From positions 8,646-72,645 of the forward strand of contig NZ_CAXVWL010000124.1 in assembly GCF_964263785.1 (NCBI RefSeq): a stretch of 64,000 nt of DNA. The letters run 5' to 3'. The notes beneath the pieces were generated by a model, which ran no database searches, was not told the DNA's origin, and worked only from the letters and a program-made list of their open reading frames with translations. Shown in pieces: positions 1 through 8,871 of this stretch. This DNA is from Sphingomonas sp. (lineage in GTDB: Bacteria > Pseudomonadota > Alphaproteobacteria > Sphingomonadales > Sphingomonadaceae). Numbering within the stretch: position 1 is the first letter of the stretch; each line of letters opens with the position of its first letter. The position numbers were made by a program, and so were the translations under genes.

Positions 1-1964
1 TGAAACTCGCTCATGTTGATGACGATCATCGAATCGTCGCCCGCATACAGCAGCTCGGCGAGCGCATGCGCGGTCTCGGTCTTGCCGACGCCCGACGGAC
101 CGCACAGCATGAACACGCCGACGGGCTTGTTGGGATTGTCGAGCTTGGCCCGGCTCGTCTGCATTCGCTTGGCGATCGCCTCCATCGCGTGATCCTGACC
201 GATCACCCGCTTTTTGAGATTGTCCGCGATCTTCAGGACGCCCGCGATCTCGTCCTTGACCATCCGCCCGACGGGCACGCCGGTCCAGTCGCCGACGACG
301 CTGGCGACGGCGTTCGCATCGACCTGCGCGAAAACCATCGGCGAATCGCCCTGCGCTGCGGCAAGATCCGCCATCCCGGCGCACAACGGTGCATCGAAGG
401 CGGCGCGCGCGCCCTCCTCGTCCCCAGCGTCGGCGCGGCTGGTGCGGGTCGCGATAACCGCCTCGACCGCCGCCTTCTCCGCATCCCACTTGGCGGTGAC
501 CACCGCGAGCGCGGCATGCGCCTCGACCAGCAGCGCATCGACCTCGGCCACCCGCTTCGGATCGCCCAGCCCCGAATCGGCCTCGCGCACGACGATCTCG
601 CGCTCGACATCGAGCAGTTCGACCCGGCGTGCGCGGTCCTCGACCTCGGCCGGGCGGCCGTGCTGGCTGACCGCGACGCGCGCGCACGCGGTGTCGAGCA
701 GGCTGACCGCCTTGTCGGGCAATTGCCGTGCCGGAATGTAGCGTTGCGACAGCTTCACCGCCGCCTCCAGCGCCTCGTCGAGCACGATCACCTTGTGGTG
801 CTTGACCATCGCGTCCGCGACCGAGCGCAGCATCGCGATCGCCTTGTCGGTCTCGGGCTCGCCGACGTTGACCGTCTGGAAACGACGGGTAAGCGCGGGA
901 TCCTTTTCGAAATACTGGCGGTATTCCGCCCAGGTCGTCGCCGCCAGCGTCCTGAGCTTGCCGCGCGCCAGCGCGGGCTTCAGCAGGTTGGCGGCATCAC
1001 CGGTGCCCGCCGCCCCGCCCGCGCCGATCAGCGTATGCGCCTCGTCGATGAACAGGATGACCGGCTTCGGGCTCGCCTCGACCTCGTCGATCACCTGGCG
1101 CAACCGCTTCTCGAACTCGCCCTTGGCGCTTGCCCCCGCCTGCAACAGCCCGATGTCGAGCGAGCGCAGCGTCACGTCCTTCAAGGGCGGCGGCACGTCG
1201 CCGTCCGCGATCCGCCGCGCGAAGCCCTCCACCACCGCGGTCTTGCCGACGCCGGCCTCGCCGGTCAGGATCGGGTTGTTCTGGCGGCGGCGCAGGAGAA
1301 TATCGATCACCTGCCGGATCTCGGCGTCGCGCCCGACGATCTTGTCGATCTCGCCCGAACGCGCCTTGGCGGTGAGGTCGACCGAAAATTTCTGCAGCGC
1401 GGTGCCTTCGCCGCCCGCTTCCGGCGCGTCGCCGGGCTCGCCCGCCCCTGCGCCGCCACCCGACGTCGCCAGCGCGCCGCCCTCGTTGGATTCGCTGCTC
1501 GCCGCGGTGATCGCCGCAAAGCCCTCGGACAGCGTATCGGCGTCGATCTTGCGGAATTCCTTGGACATGCCGAGCAGCACGTTGCGCAATCCCGGCGTCT
1601 TCAGGATCGCATACAGCAGGTGTCCCGATCGCACCTTGCCCGCGCCGAATTGCAGCGAAGCGTACAGCCAGCCCTTCTCCACCGCTTCCTCAACCTGCGC
1701 CGAGAAATCCATCGCGCTCGCTCCGCGCGGCAGCCCGTCCAGCGCGGCGACGATGTCGCGCGCCAGCACGCCCTGGTCGATGTCGAACTTGGTCGCGATC
1801 GCCGCCAGATCGCCCTTGGCGTCCGCGTTCAGCGTGTGGAACCAGTGCGCCAGCTCGACATACGGATTGCCTCGCATCCGGCAAAAGCCCGTTGCGGTCT
1901 CGATCGCCTTCAACGTGCTGGGCCCCAGTCGCCCGAACAACGCCGCTCTGCTGATCTCGGTCAT
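1..1964 (-). CDS. tssH: T6SS AAA+ ATPase ClpV/TssH, partial (C-terminal end lies beyond the left window edge; about 654 codons present)
   Basis: Minus-strand translation from ATG 1964-1962 reads MTEISRAALFGRLGPSTLKAIETATGFCRMRGNPYVELAHWFHTLN, a ClpV-type N-domain. The same frame near 1-150 reads LDNPNKPVGVFMLCGPSGVGKTETAHALAELLY (second Walker A). It has an ATGA start/stop overlap with tssG. It is missing from the ORF track because no stop lies inside the window. Confidence 0.9.
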   Translation of the reverse strand, partial: MTEISRAALFGRLGPSTLKAIETATGFCRMRGNPYVELAHWFHTLNADAKGDLAAIATKFDIDQGVLARDIVAALDGLPRGASAMDFSAQVEEAVEKGWLYASLQFGAGKVRSGHLLYAILKTPGLRNVLLGMSKEFRKIDADTLSEGFAAITAASSESNEGGALATSGGGAGAGEPGDAPEAGGEGTALQKFSVDLTAKARSGEIDKIVGRDAEIRQVIDILLRRRQNNPILTGEAGVGKTAVVEGFARRIADGDVPPPLKDVTLRSLDIGLLQAGASAKGEFEKRLRQVIDEVEASPKPVILFIDEAHTLIGAGGAAGTGDAANLLKPALARGKLRTLAATTWAEYRQYFEKDPALTRRFQTVNVGEPETDKAIAMLRSVADAMVKHHKVIVLDEALEAAVKLSQRYIPARQLPDKAVSLLDTACARVAVSQHGRPAEVEDRARRVELLDVEREIVVREADSGLGDPKRVAEVDALLVEAHAALAVVTAKWDAEKAAVEAVIATRTSRADAGDEEGARAAFDAPLCAGMADLAAAQGDSPMVFAQVDANAVASVVGDWTGVPVGRMVKDEIAGVLKIADNLKKRVIGQDHAMEAIAKRMQTSRAKLDNPNKPVGVFMLCGPSGVGKTETAHALAELLYAGDDSMIVINMSEF

Positions 1965-3034
1965 GCCCCTATCCCCTTCGCCTGTCGATCGATCCCCATC
2001 CGGCCGCCAAGCCGGACATCGTTGCGCAATCGGCTCCGCCCGCGCGGCGCGATCCACCCGGTCATGCCGAGCCGTGCGCCGGTGGCACCGCGGCCGATCC
2101 GGGCCGGCGCGATCGCCGCCTCGTCGATCTCGATCCGCGCGTGCCATTCGATATGCTGCGGCAGCACCGCCGTCGCCGCCTCGACCAGCAGCCGATGCAC
2201 CTCGCCGCCCGGCAGCAACCGCTCCAGGTCGTCCATAGAGCGCGCACGCACCTTGAACGCGACATCCCATTCGACCGCGAAGAACCGGCCGCCCAGCGTC
2301 GCGCCGGTGCCGAGTTGATGGTGCGCCCCGCGCCTGCCGATCCGGGTCCGGGCCTCGCGCGGGATATCGCGCCAGCGCCCGACCGACTCGTCCACCCCGA
2401 CCGTGCGCTCCAGCGCATGGCCGAGCAGGTCCCCTACGGCCGCTGCGCTGCGCAGGCCCGACAAGTGCCCGCCGTAAGCCAGCCGCCGCCAGTCGCCGAA
2501 CCCGGGCTCGTCATCGATTTCGCGTTCCGCCCCGCTGACGAAGCGCAGCGTCGTCGCGCCGCTCGCCGCACCCAAAAAGCCCGCGAAATCGTCGTCCGGC
2601 GGTCGGTCCGCCTGCGCGCACGGATTGCCGCTGGCCCAGGCGCGGTAATAGCCTTGCAGCATGCGCGTCGACACCATGTCGAGCATGTCGCCGAGCGGGT
2701 TGCTTCCCTTCGCCGCGCGCTCGAACATCGCGATCTCGGTCATGTGGAGCGGCATCGGCCCCATCGGCCCGGTCAGCCCCAAATGCAGCGACCGCAGCCG
2801 CGGCCGCCGCCGATCGCGGTCGAACCCCGCGACCGTGGTGCGCGGAAAGGTGTTGCTCGGCTCGTGCGCCAGATCGACGGTTTCGTCGGCGGGATCGAGC
2901 GCGGTGCCGATCCGCGGCGCGTCCGGCGACACGTGCTCGATCGCGCGAACGAGCGCAAAGAACTCCCACGCGGTCGCATTCGCTTCCGCATCGTCGAGGA
3001 GCACGCTCAGATCGTCGGGCGATGTCCGGAGCAT
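1961..3034 (-). CDS. tssG: T6SS baseplate protein TssG
   Basis: This is the C-terminal 357 aa of track ORF 1961..3622, starting at MLRTSPDDLSVLLDDAEANATAWEFFALVRAIE (ATG 3034-3032). The sequence is TssG/ImpH-like and overlaps the tssF 3' end by 28 nt, as is usual. The upstream part of the track ORF is out-of-frame overlap with tssF. Confidence 0.85.
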   Translation of the reverse strand: MLRTSPDDLSVLLDDAEANATAWEFFALVRAIEHVSPDAPRIGTALDPADETVDLAHEPSNTFPRTTVAGFDRDRRRPRLRSLHLGLTGPMGPMPLHMTEIAMFERAAKGSNPLGDMLDMVSTRMLQGYYRAWASGNPCAQADRPPDDDFAGFLGAASGATTLRFVSGAEREIDDEPGFGDWRRLAYGGHLSGLRSAAAVGDLLGHALERTVGVDESVGRWRDIPREARTRIGRRGAHHQLGTGATLGGRFFAVEWDVAFKVRARSMDDLERLLPGGEVHRLLVEAATAVLPQHIEWHARIEIDEAAIAPARIGRGATGARLGMTGWIAPRGRSRLRNDVRLGGRMGIDRQAKGIGA

Positions 3035-4869
3035 GGCTCCCACCCCCATTTCATCCCCGTATCGGTGCGCACTTCGCATTCGGTGAAGCTGTTGATTGTT
3101 GCGAACTCCGCCAGGAACTGCGCGATCACGCTGGTGAAGAGATACGCGCTGCCCGCATCGTAGCTGCCCGCCGCCAGCGTCATCACCAGCTTCTGCCCGC
3201 GCTGGAACGCCAGCCGCGCCTGCCCACCGGTGCGCCGCGTCACCGTCTCGGCGCGCAACCCGGTGATCCCCTGGATCTCGCGACGCAGCGCCGGCGTCTC
3301 GTCGCGCAGGTAAAGCGAGAGATGATCGGCGAGCAGATCGGGCGCGCCGTCCTCGCGAACGAACCCCTGGTGCCCGGGTGCCAGATGGCTGACGATCCGC
3401 CAGGCCGCGTCGCTGATCCCCAGCGGCGGCTGTGGCCGGGTCGGCCCGCGCAGGATGCGCACCGCTTCGATCCCCTGTGCCTCGTCGACCATGATCCGCA
3501 AGTTCGCCTGCCCCGGCCGCAACCGGGATGCCAGCGCGCGGTTGGTGACCAGCCCGCGGATGCCGAGCTCGGCGACGCCCTGCGCCAGCGCGGGTGTGTC
3601 GGGCGACGACAGGCTGATCCACGTCTCGGTGCCGATATAATCGCTTTCGCGCCGCTGCCGCGTCTCCATCTCGCTCAACCGGCGCAACCGCCGTCGCAGC
3701 GCATAATAGAGCGGCCGCACCCCGCGCTGCGCCCGCCTGGCATACAGCGGCAGCGCCGGTGACCCGTGCGCCTCGCCCCTCGCATAGCCGGTGACGCTGT
3801 CGAGCCGGTACACTTCATAATCGAGCAGCCCGACGCGGTCGGGAATGACCAGATGCTCGTCGCGCCGGCGATCGACCAGCACCCGGTCGAAGCGGCGCTC
3901 AAACAGGTTGATCGCTGGCGTCGCGAACAGCTTGATCGTATCGGTAGAGGCGGTGCCGACCAATGCGTCGACCGGGCGGTCGAACAGCAGAACGATGTCG
4001 ATGTCCCGGTCCGCCCTGGCGAAGCCGGCGGCGAGCCCGGTCAGCCGCGCGAAGCGGAATTTCTCGGGCAGCGCGAAATACTCGCACAACAGGCGGTAAC
4101 CGCGAAACGAGCGCGCTTCGTTGGGCAGCAACGCCTCGTCCACGGCAAAGCCCATCGGCTCGACCGCCCCGGCCCGCACGCTCCAGGCATCGCGGCGGCC
4201 GCGTTCGGGCGCGCAGACCCGCACGCCCACGCAATCCGCCATCATCTGCTGGAACAGCAGGTTGGCCGCATCCTGGCCGCCGTCGACGAACAGCGGCAGC
4301 GTGTCGATCGCCAGCGCCGACATCGGCGCAGGGCTGGTCGCCGTCAGCCGGATACGCAGCCCCGCCGCACCCTCGGCCGCGCCGGTCGCACCCGCCACCG
4401 CGGCGCGGGTCGGCAGATATTCCACCGCCGCCACCCGTACCGGCCAGAGCGTAACGTCGAACCCGGTGCGGAACTCCACTCGGGCATGCGTGTCGCCGTC
4501 GAGCCACGCCTGGATCGCCGACCCGCGGGGATGAACGATGCCCTTGGCCAGCGCTTCGTCGCCGGCAAGCGGCGTGTATTCCATGATCGCCATGGCAGGC
4601 GTCGGCGCCAGGTAATGCGGATATAGCGCGTCGAGCAGATATTGCGTAAACGCCGGGAATCGCTCGTCGAGCTTTAACTGGACGCGGGCGTTCAGATACG
4701 CGACCCCCTCCAGCAAGCGCTCGACGTGCGGGTCGGGATCGGTCGGCGCGTCGATCCCAAGCCGCCCCGCGACCTGGCGGTGATCCTCCGAGAATTCGAC
4801 CGCGCGGCGGCGCAGATAGAGCAACTCGTTGTTGTAATGCCGCAGCAGGCGGGGATCGACCGCGGTCAC
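3007..4869 (-). CDS. tssF: T6SS baseplate protein TssF (ImpG/VasA)
   Basis: 620 aa starting MTAVDPRLLRHYNNELLYLRRRAVEFSEDH (GTG start), the typical TssF N-terminus. It forms a GTGA overlap with the tssE stop. Confidence 0.9.
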   Translation of the reverse strand: MTAVDPRLLRHYNNELLYLRRRAVEFSEDHRQVAGRLGIDAPTDPDPHVERLLEGVAYLNARVQLKLDERFPAFTQYLLDALYPHYLAPTPAMAIMEYTPLAGDEALAKGIVHPRGSAIQAWLDGDTHARVEFRTGFDVTLWPVRVAAVEYLPTRAAVAGATGAAEGAAGLRIRLTATSPAPMSALAIDTLPLFVDGGQDAANLLFQQMMADCVGVRVCAPERGRRDAWSVRAGAVEPMGFAVDEALLPNEARSFRGYRLLCEYFALPEKFRFARLTGLAAGFARADRDIDIVLLFDRPVDALVGTASTDTIKLFATPAINLFERRFDRVLVDRRRDEHLVIPDRVGLLDYEVYRLDSVTGYARGEAHGSPALPLYARRAQRGVRPLYYALRRRLRRLSEMETRQRRESDYIGTETWISLSSPDTPALAQGVAELGIRGLVTNRALASRLRPGQANLRIMVDEAQGIEAVRILRGPTRPQPPLGISDAAWRIVSHLAPGHQGFVREDGAPDLLADHLSLYLRDETPALRREIQGITGLRAETVTRRTGGQARLAFQRGQKLVMTLAAGSYDAGSAYLFTSVIAQFLAEFATINSFTECEVRTDTGMKWGWEPCSGHRPTI

Positions 4870-5366
4870 GACGCGATCTCGATCGTGCCGTCATCCAGAT
4901 CGACCGTCGTCTTGAACTGAACCCAGCTTTCCTCGAGCGCGTTGCGGATTTCGCCGTTGATCGAGAAATGCAGCTTGTTCTCGGCCTGGATCAGGCTGGT
5001 GTCGAACACGACCGAGATCGTTTCGGGGCGCAGCCGCTGCTCGAACGCGCGCAGCGCCGCGGTGATCTCCTGGCCACGGCGCGCCATCGCGTCGTTGTCG
5101 AGCGAGCGGCCGATCAGTTCGGGCAGCCCCTGGTTCAGCACCGACGTCCGCACTTCGGGATAATCGTCGAGCGGGACCGCGGCTTCGAACTGGACGTCGT
5201 TGAGCAGCCAGGCGATGTCCCGCTGGATGCAACCGCGCAGGTCGGCATCGCCATAGCGGTCGAGACGGGGGACGTGAAAATGCTGGTGCGCCCGAGCGCC
5301 GGCTTCCAGCGATCCGCCGAGCAACTTGTCGAGGATCGACGGCTTGGGGGGCGTCGCATTGATCAT
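4866..5366 (-). CDS. tssE: T6SS baseplate protein TssE (gp25-like)
   Basis: 166 aa containing ILDKLLGG...RDIAWLLN...LNQGLPEL, the GPW/gp25 pattern. It sits between tagJ and tssF. Confidence 0.85.
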   Translation of the reverse strand: MINATPPKPSILDKLLGGSLEAGARAHQHFHVPRLDRYGDADLRGCIQRDIAWLLNDVQFEAAVPLDDYPEVRTSVLNQGLPELIGRSLDNDAMARRGQEITAALRAFEQRLRPETISVVFDTSLIQAENKLHFSINGEIRNALEESWVQFKTTVDLDDGTIEIAS

Positions 5367-5387
5367 CGGGCGGTCGTCATCGGGCGA

Positions 5388-6167
5388 TCAGCCCAGCCGG
5401 ATGTCGCGAAGCGCCAATATGCCGTTCTCGGGGCCATCGCTGGTGATGAGACGCTGGCCGAGTCCGACCTCCGCGCCACCCTGCTCGACCCAGTCGGTGC
5501 GCCGTGCGAGCATCAGCTCGTTGTCTCCGGTCCGCTCGGTGCCGGGATACAGGACGGGGACGAACGCCATCGACGTCTGTCCCGATTTCGTCTCGATCTC
5601 GACCGGCAGCCATACGGTATCGCGCAGGTCGACCGGCTCCGACACCTTCAGCCGCTTGCATGCGGCAAAGGGCACGAACCCGTAATGTTCGCCGATCACC
5701 GCCTCCAGCATCGGCCCGAAGCGCAGGTCGGCGTCGGCGATCCACGCAAATGCTTCGCCGTCCATCGTTCCCGCCGTGGCAGGCGCATCGGCCAGCGCGG
5801 CCTCGGACAGGTCCGCGGCATCGCCGCCACCCTGCCCGGAGGCCTGGAGCGCATCGAGGAGCGCCTCGACCCACGGCTCGCTGCCGACCAGCGACGTGCC
5901 GCGCGTCGTCCCCGCCATCACCGCGGCGCGGGTCTTCATCGCACCTAGCACCTGGTTGTAGACGCCACCCATCATCATCGCCTTGGGCTCGGCGAGTGCG
6001 AGCGTGCGCAGCTGCTGCTCGGCCTTGTCCCACTCGCCGGCGACGGCGAGCAACTGCCAGAAAAACTGGCGGAGGTTGACGTCCGCGGGGGAGCGGCGAA
6101 GCTCCCCCGCGAGCGCGCTGCGGGCACCGGCGATGTCGCCCGATCGTAGAAGTGATTGGGCATCCAT
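5388..6167 (-). CDS. tagJ: T6SS accessory protein TagJ/ImpE (TPR-like N-terminus)
   Basis: 259 aa. FAWIADADLRFGPMLEAVIGEHYGFVPFAACKRLKVSEPVDLRDTVWLPV matches the conserved ImpE core as I remember it. Confidence 0.8.
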   Translation of the reverse strand: MDAQSLLRSGDIAGARSALAGELRRSPADVNLRQFFWQLLAVAGEWDKAEQQLRTLALAEPKAMMMGGVYNQVLGAMKTRAAVMAGTTRGTSLVGSEPWVEALLDALQASGQGGGDAADLSEAALADAPATAGTMDGEAFAWIADADLRFGPMLEAVIGEHYGFVPFAACKRLKVSEPVDLRDTVWLPVEIETKSGQTSMAFVPVLYPGTERTGDNELMLARRTDWVEQGGAEVGLGQRLITSDGPENGILALRDIRLG

Positions 6168-6186
6168 CTGCCGTACTCCGTCGCTG

Positions 6187-6684
6187 TCAGGCGCCCTTTA
6201 CGTTCGACGCGATGTCCCAGGAATATTCCTGAGGCGTGCTCTCGGCCGTGCCGTCCGGCTTCTGCCCGGTATATTTGAACGCCACTTCCGCAAAGTTCAG
6301 CGTGACGTTCTCGGTCAACCGGTCTTCACCGCCCGAACCGCCTGTGCTGACCGACGTGATGATCAGCTCCTTCATGGTGATGACGATATATTCGATCGGA
6401 TTCTCGCCGGCCTTGCGGACGGTCAGGACCGCTTCGCCATAATGCTTGCCGCTGGCGCAGGCGAGCTGCAGCTTCGCCGAGGAGGCATCGACGTACTTCG
6501 TGAGCGACAGGTCCTGGACGTTGACCTTACCGGCGCCGCCACCGCCGCCCATGTGCGTCGTTCCCGACTGGCTCATGCCCCACGACCACGCGAGGACGTC
6601 GATCTCTCCCGCGTGGGTCGTATCGAGCGACTCGCCCTTGACTTCGTCCTTCGCGCCGATGCGAATGAACATGTCGACTGCCAT
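6187..6684 (-). CDS. hcp: T6SS tube protein Hcp (TssD)
   Basis: 165 aa starting MAVDMFIRIGAKDEVKGESLDTTHAGEIDVLAWSWGMSQSG, then a Gly-rich loop and ...TLNFAEVAFKY. A strong AGGAGA Shine-Dalgarno sequence lies upstream. Confidence 0.92.
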   Translation of the reverse strand: MAVDMFIRIGAKDEVKGESLDTTHAGEIDVLAWSWGMSQSGTTHMGGGGGAGKVNVQDLSLTKYVDASSAKLQLACASGKHYGEAVLTVRKAGENPIEYIVITMKELIITSVSTGGSGGEDRLTENVTLNFAEVAFKYTGQKPDGTAESTPQEYSWDIASNVKGA

Positions 6685-6757
6685 AACCTATCTCCTGCTG
6701 TGATTGTTGTTGAATGACGCAAACGAACAATTCAGACGTCGCGGTCGGTCCGCCCGA

Positions 6758-8257
6758 TCAACCCGCCGCCGGACGCAGCGACGACGTCATGCTGAGGCTG
6801 ATGTCCATGCCTTCCATCTGGAAATGCGGCACGAACTCGAACTTGGCCTGGTAATAGCCGGGGTTTTCCTCGTCTTCCGTCAACGCGATCTGCGCGCCCT
6901 TCAGCGGCTTGCGCGCCTTGGTCGCTTCCGACGACATGTCGGGCATGCCGTCGATATACTGCCCGATCCACGTGTTCAGCCGCTGCTCGAGTTGCTTGGC
7001 GCTGGGCGTGCCGCCGACCCAGTCGCGCACCATGCACTTCAGGTAATGCGCGAAGCGCGTGCTGGTGAACAGATAGGGGAGGCGCGCAGACAGGCGCGCG
7101 TTCGCGGTCGCGCCCTTGTCGACATACTCCTTGGGAATGTGCAATGTCTGGCCGCCGATGAAGGTCGCCTGATCGGTGTTCTTGCGGTGGATCAGGCCGA
7201 TCAGCCCCGCCGCCGACAATTCGCCTTCGCGCCGATCGCTGATCGCGATCTCGGTCGGGCATTTGACCGCCGTGTCGCCATCGTCGGTCGGGAACATCGC
7301 GGTCGGTAACCCCTCGACCGTACCGCCCGACTGAACCCCGCGGATGCGCGTGCACCAGCCGAATTCCTTGTACGCCGCGTTGATCCGCACCGCCATCGCG
7401 TGCGCCGCGTTCATCCACGAATATTTGTCGTGGTCACCCGCGGTATCCTCCTCGAACGCGAATTCCTCGACCGGCTCGCACTTGGCGCCGTAGGGCTGCC
7501 GCGCCAGCACGCGCGGCATCGTCAGCGCCAGATACCGGGCATCGTCCTTGGCGCGCAGCGAGCGCCACGCCGCATATTCGGGGGTGTCGAAGATCTTGGC
7601 GAGATCGCGCGGTTTCGACAGTTCCTGCCAGTCGTCCATCCCGAACAGGACCGGCGACGTCCCCGAGATGAACGGCGCGTGCGCCGCACTGGCGACCTTC
7701 GCCATGCCCTCGAGCACCTCGACGTCGCCCGGCTGCTGGCTGAAGTAATAGTCGCCGACGAGGCAGCCGTAGGGCTGGCCGCCGAGCTGGCCGAATTCGG
7801 CCTCGTACACCTTCTTGAACAGCGGGCTCTGGTCCCAGGCGGCGCCACGGTAGCTGCTGAACATCTTGCGCAGCTCATCCTTGGTCGTGTTCATGACCTT
7901 GATCTTCAGGTCGGTCGACGTCTCGGTGTTCATCACCGTATACTGGAGACCGCGCCACGCGCTTTCGAGCGCCTGGAACTCCTCGTGGTGGATGACCAGG
8001 TTCACCTGCTCGGTCAGCTTGCGGTCGAGTTCCGATATCATGCTATCGATCGTGCCGAGCACGTCGCCGGGCATGACGCTCGATCCGGCGAGCGCCTGCT
8101 CGGCCAGCGTGCGCACCGCCAGTTCGACGCGGCCCTTGGCCTCGTCGCTGCGCGGCTTGAACTCCTTCTGCAGTAGCGCCGAGAAATCGTCGACGGTAAT
8201 CTCTTCTGTCGCGACGCCCGTCTGGGTTTCGGTCGCGGTGTTCGGATTGGTTGCCAT
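6758..8257 (-). CDS. tssC: T6SS contractile sheath large subunit TssC (VipB)
   Basis: 499 aa from ATG 8257 (MATNPNTATE...), with an AGGA 7 nt upstream. The track ORF begins 5 codons earlier at a TTG. The sequence is VipB/TssC-like throughout (for example FISGTSPVLFGMDDWQEL and PRVLARQPYG). Confidence 0.9.
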   Translation of the reverse strand: MATNPNTATETQTGVATEEITVDDFSALLQKEFKPRSDEAKGRVELAVRTLAEQALAGSSVMPGDVLGTIDSMISELDRKLTEQVNLVIHHEEFQALESAWRGLQYTVMNTETSTDLKIKVMNTTKDELRKMFSSYRGAAWDQSPLFKKVYEAEFGQLGGQPYGCLVGDYYFSQQPGDVEVLEGMAKVASAAHAPFISGTSPVLFGMDDWQELSKPRDLAKIFDTPEYAAWRSLRAKDDARYLALTMPRVLARQPYGAKCEPVEEFAFEEDTAGDHDKYSWMNAAHAMAVRINAAYKEFGWCTRIRGVQSGGTVEGLPTAMFPTDDGDTAVKCPTEIAISDRREGELSAAGLIGLIHRKNTDQATFIGGQTLHIPKEYVDKGATANARLSARLPYLFTSTRFAHYLKCMVRDWVGGTPSAKQLEQRLNTWIGQYIDGMPDMSSEATKARKPLKGAQIALTEDEENPGYYQAKFEFVPHFQMEGMDISLSMTSSLRPAAG

Positions 8258-8279
8258 GATCGCGTCCTGCAAACTGGGG

Positions 8280-8789
8280 TTAGGCGTCGCTGCCCGCGCG
8301 CGCCTTGGATTCGGCGGCGAGCGAGGTCAGCAGGTCGGGGTTCTTGAGGAGCTGATCGATCACCCCCTCCGCCTTGTCCTTGCCGTCCATGTACGCGAGC
8401 AGGTCCGTCAGTTGCTGGCGCGCGTCGAGCAGCTTGGCGGTCGCGGGCAATTGCTTGGCGACCCCGCCGGGCGTAAAATCATCCATCTTGTTGAAGGTCA
8501 GATCGACCGCCAGCTTGCCTTCGCCGGTCAAGGTGTTGTCGACGTAGAAGGCGGCGCGCGGCGCGATGCTCTTCTGGAAGTCGCCGAAATTGTCCATGTC
8601 GACGTTGACGAAGTCGCGCTCCGCCATCGACTTCTTCTCCTTTTCGGACTTGCCCGACAGATCGGCCAGGACGCCCATCACGAAAGGAAGCGAAATCTTC
8701 TCGACCGACCCGTAGGTCTGAACCTCGTATTCGATATGAACACGCGGCGAACGGTTGCGCTTGATGAACTTCTGGCCGTCCTGTGCCAT
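8280..8789 (-). CDS. tssB: T6SS contractile sheath small subunit TssB (VipA)
   Basis: 169 aa from ATG 8789, starting MAQDGQKFIKRNRSPRVHIEYEVQTYGSVEKISLPFVMGVLADLSG, a canonical TssB N-terminus. A GGGGGA Shine-Dalgarno sequence precedes it. Confidence 0.9.
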   Translation of the reverse strand: MAQDGQKFIKRNRSPRVHIEYEVQTYGSVEKISLPFVMGVLADLSGKSEKEKKSMAERDFVNVDMDNFGDFQKSIAPRAAFYVDNTLTGEGKLAVDLTFNKMDDFTPGGVAKQLPATAKLLDARQQLTDLLAYMDGKDKAEGVIDQLLKNPDLLTSLAAESKARAGSDA

Positions 8790-8803
8790 CAATATCCCCC
8801 TAT

Positions 8804-8825
8804 CGGGTGTGTAATAAAACACCCG
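8804..8825 (-). promoter_or_regulatory. Intercistronic stem-loop between tssA and tssB
   Basis: Perfect 7-bp arms, CGGGTGT (8804-8810) and ACACCCG (8819-8825), flank an 8-nt A/T-rich loop. The hairpin ends a few nt before the tssB Shine-Dalgarno sequence, and no U-tract follows it. Confidence 0.3.
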
Positions 8826-8871
8826 GCTGAAACTGGATGAAAAACCCCGACTCTTACCGACCAACTATGCG

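Noticed and set aside
66-2318. 750-aa plus-strand ORF, the longest in the first 2 kb
   Set aside because: It lies exactly antisense to clpV/tssG. Its translation is an Arg/Ala/Gly/Pro-rich, low-complexity sequence with no motifs, whereas the minus strand gives unmistakable ClpV Walker motifs. It is a high-GC shadow ORF.
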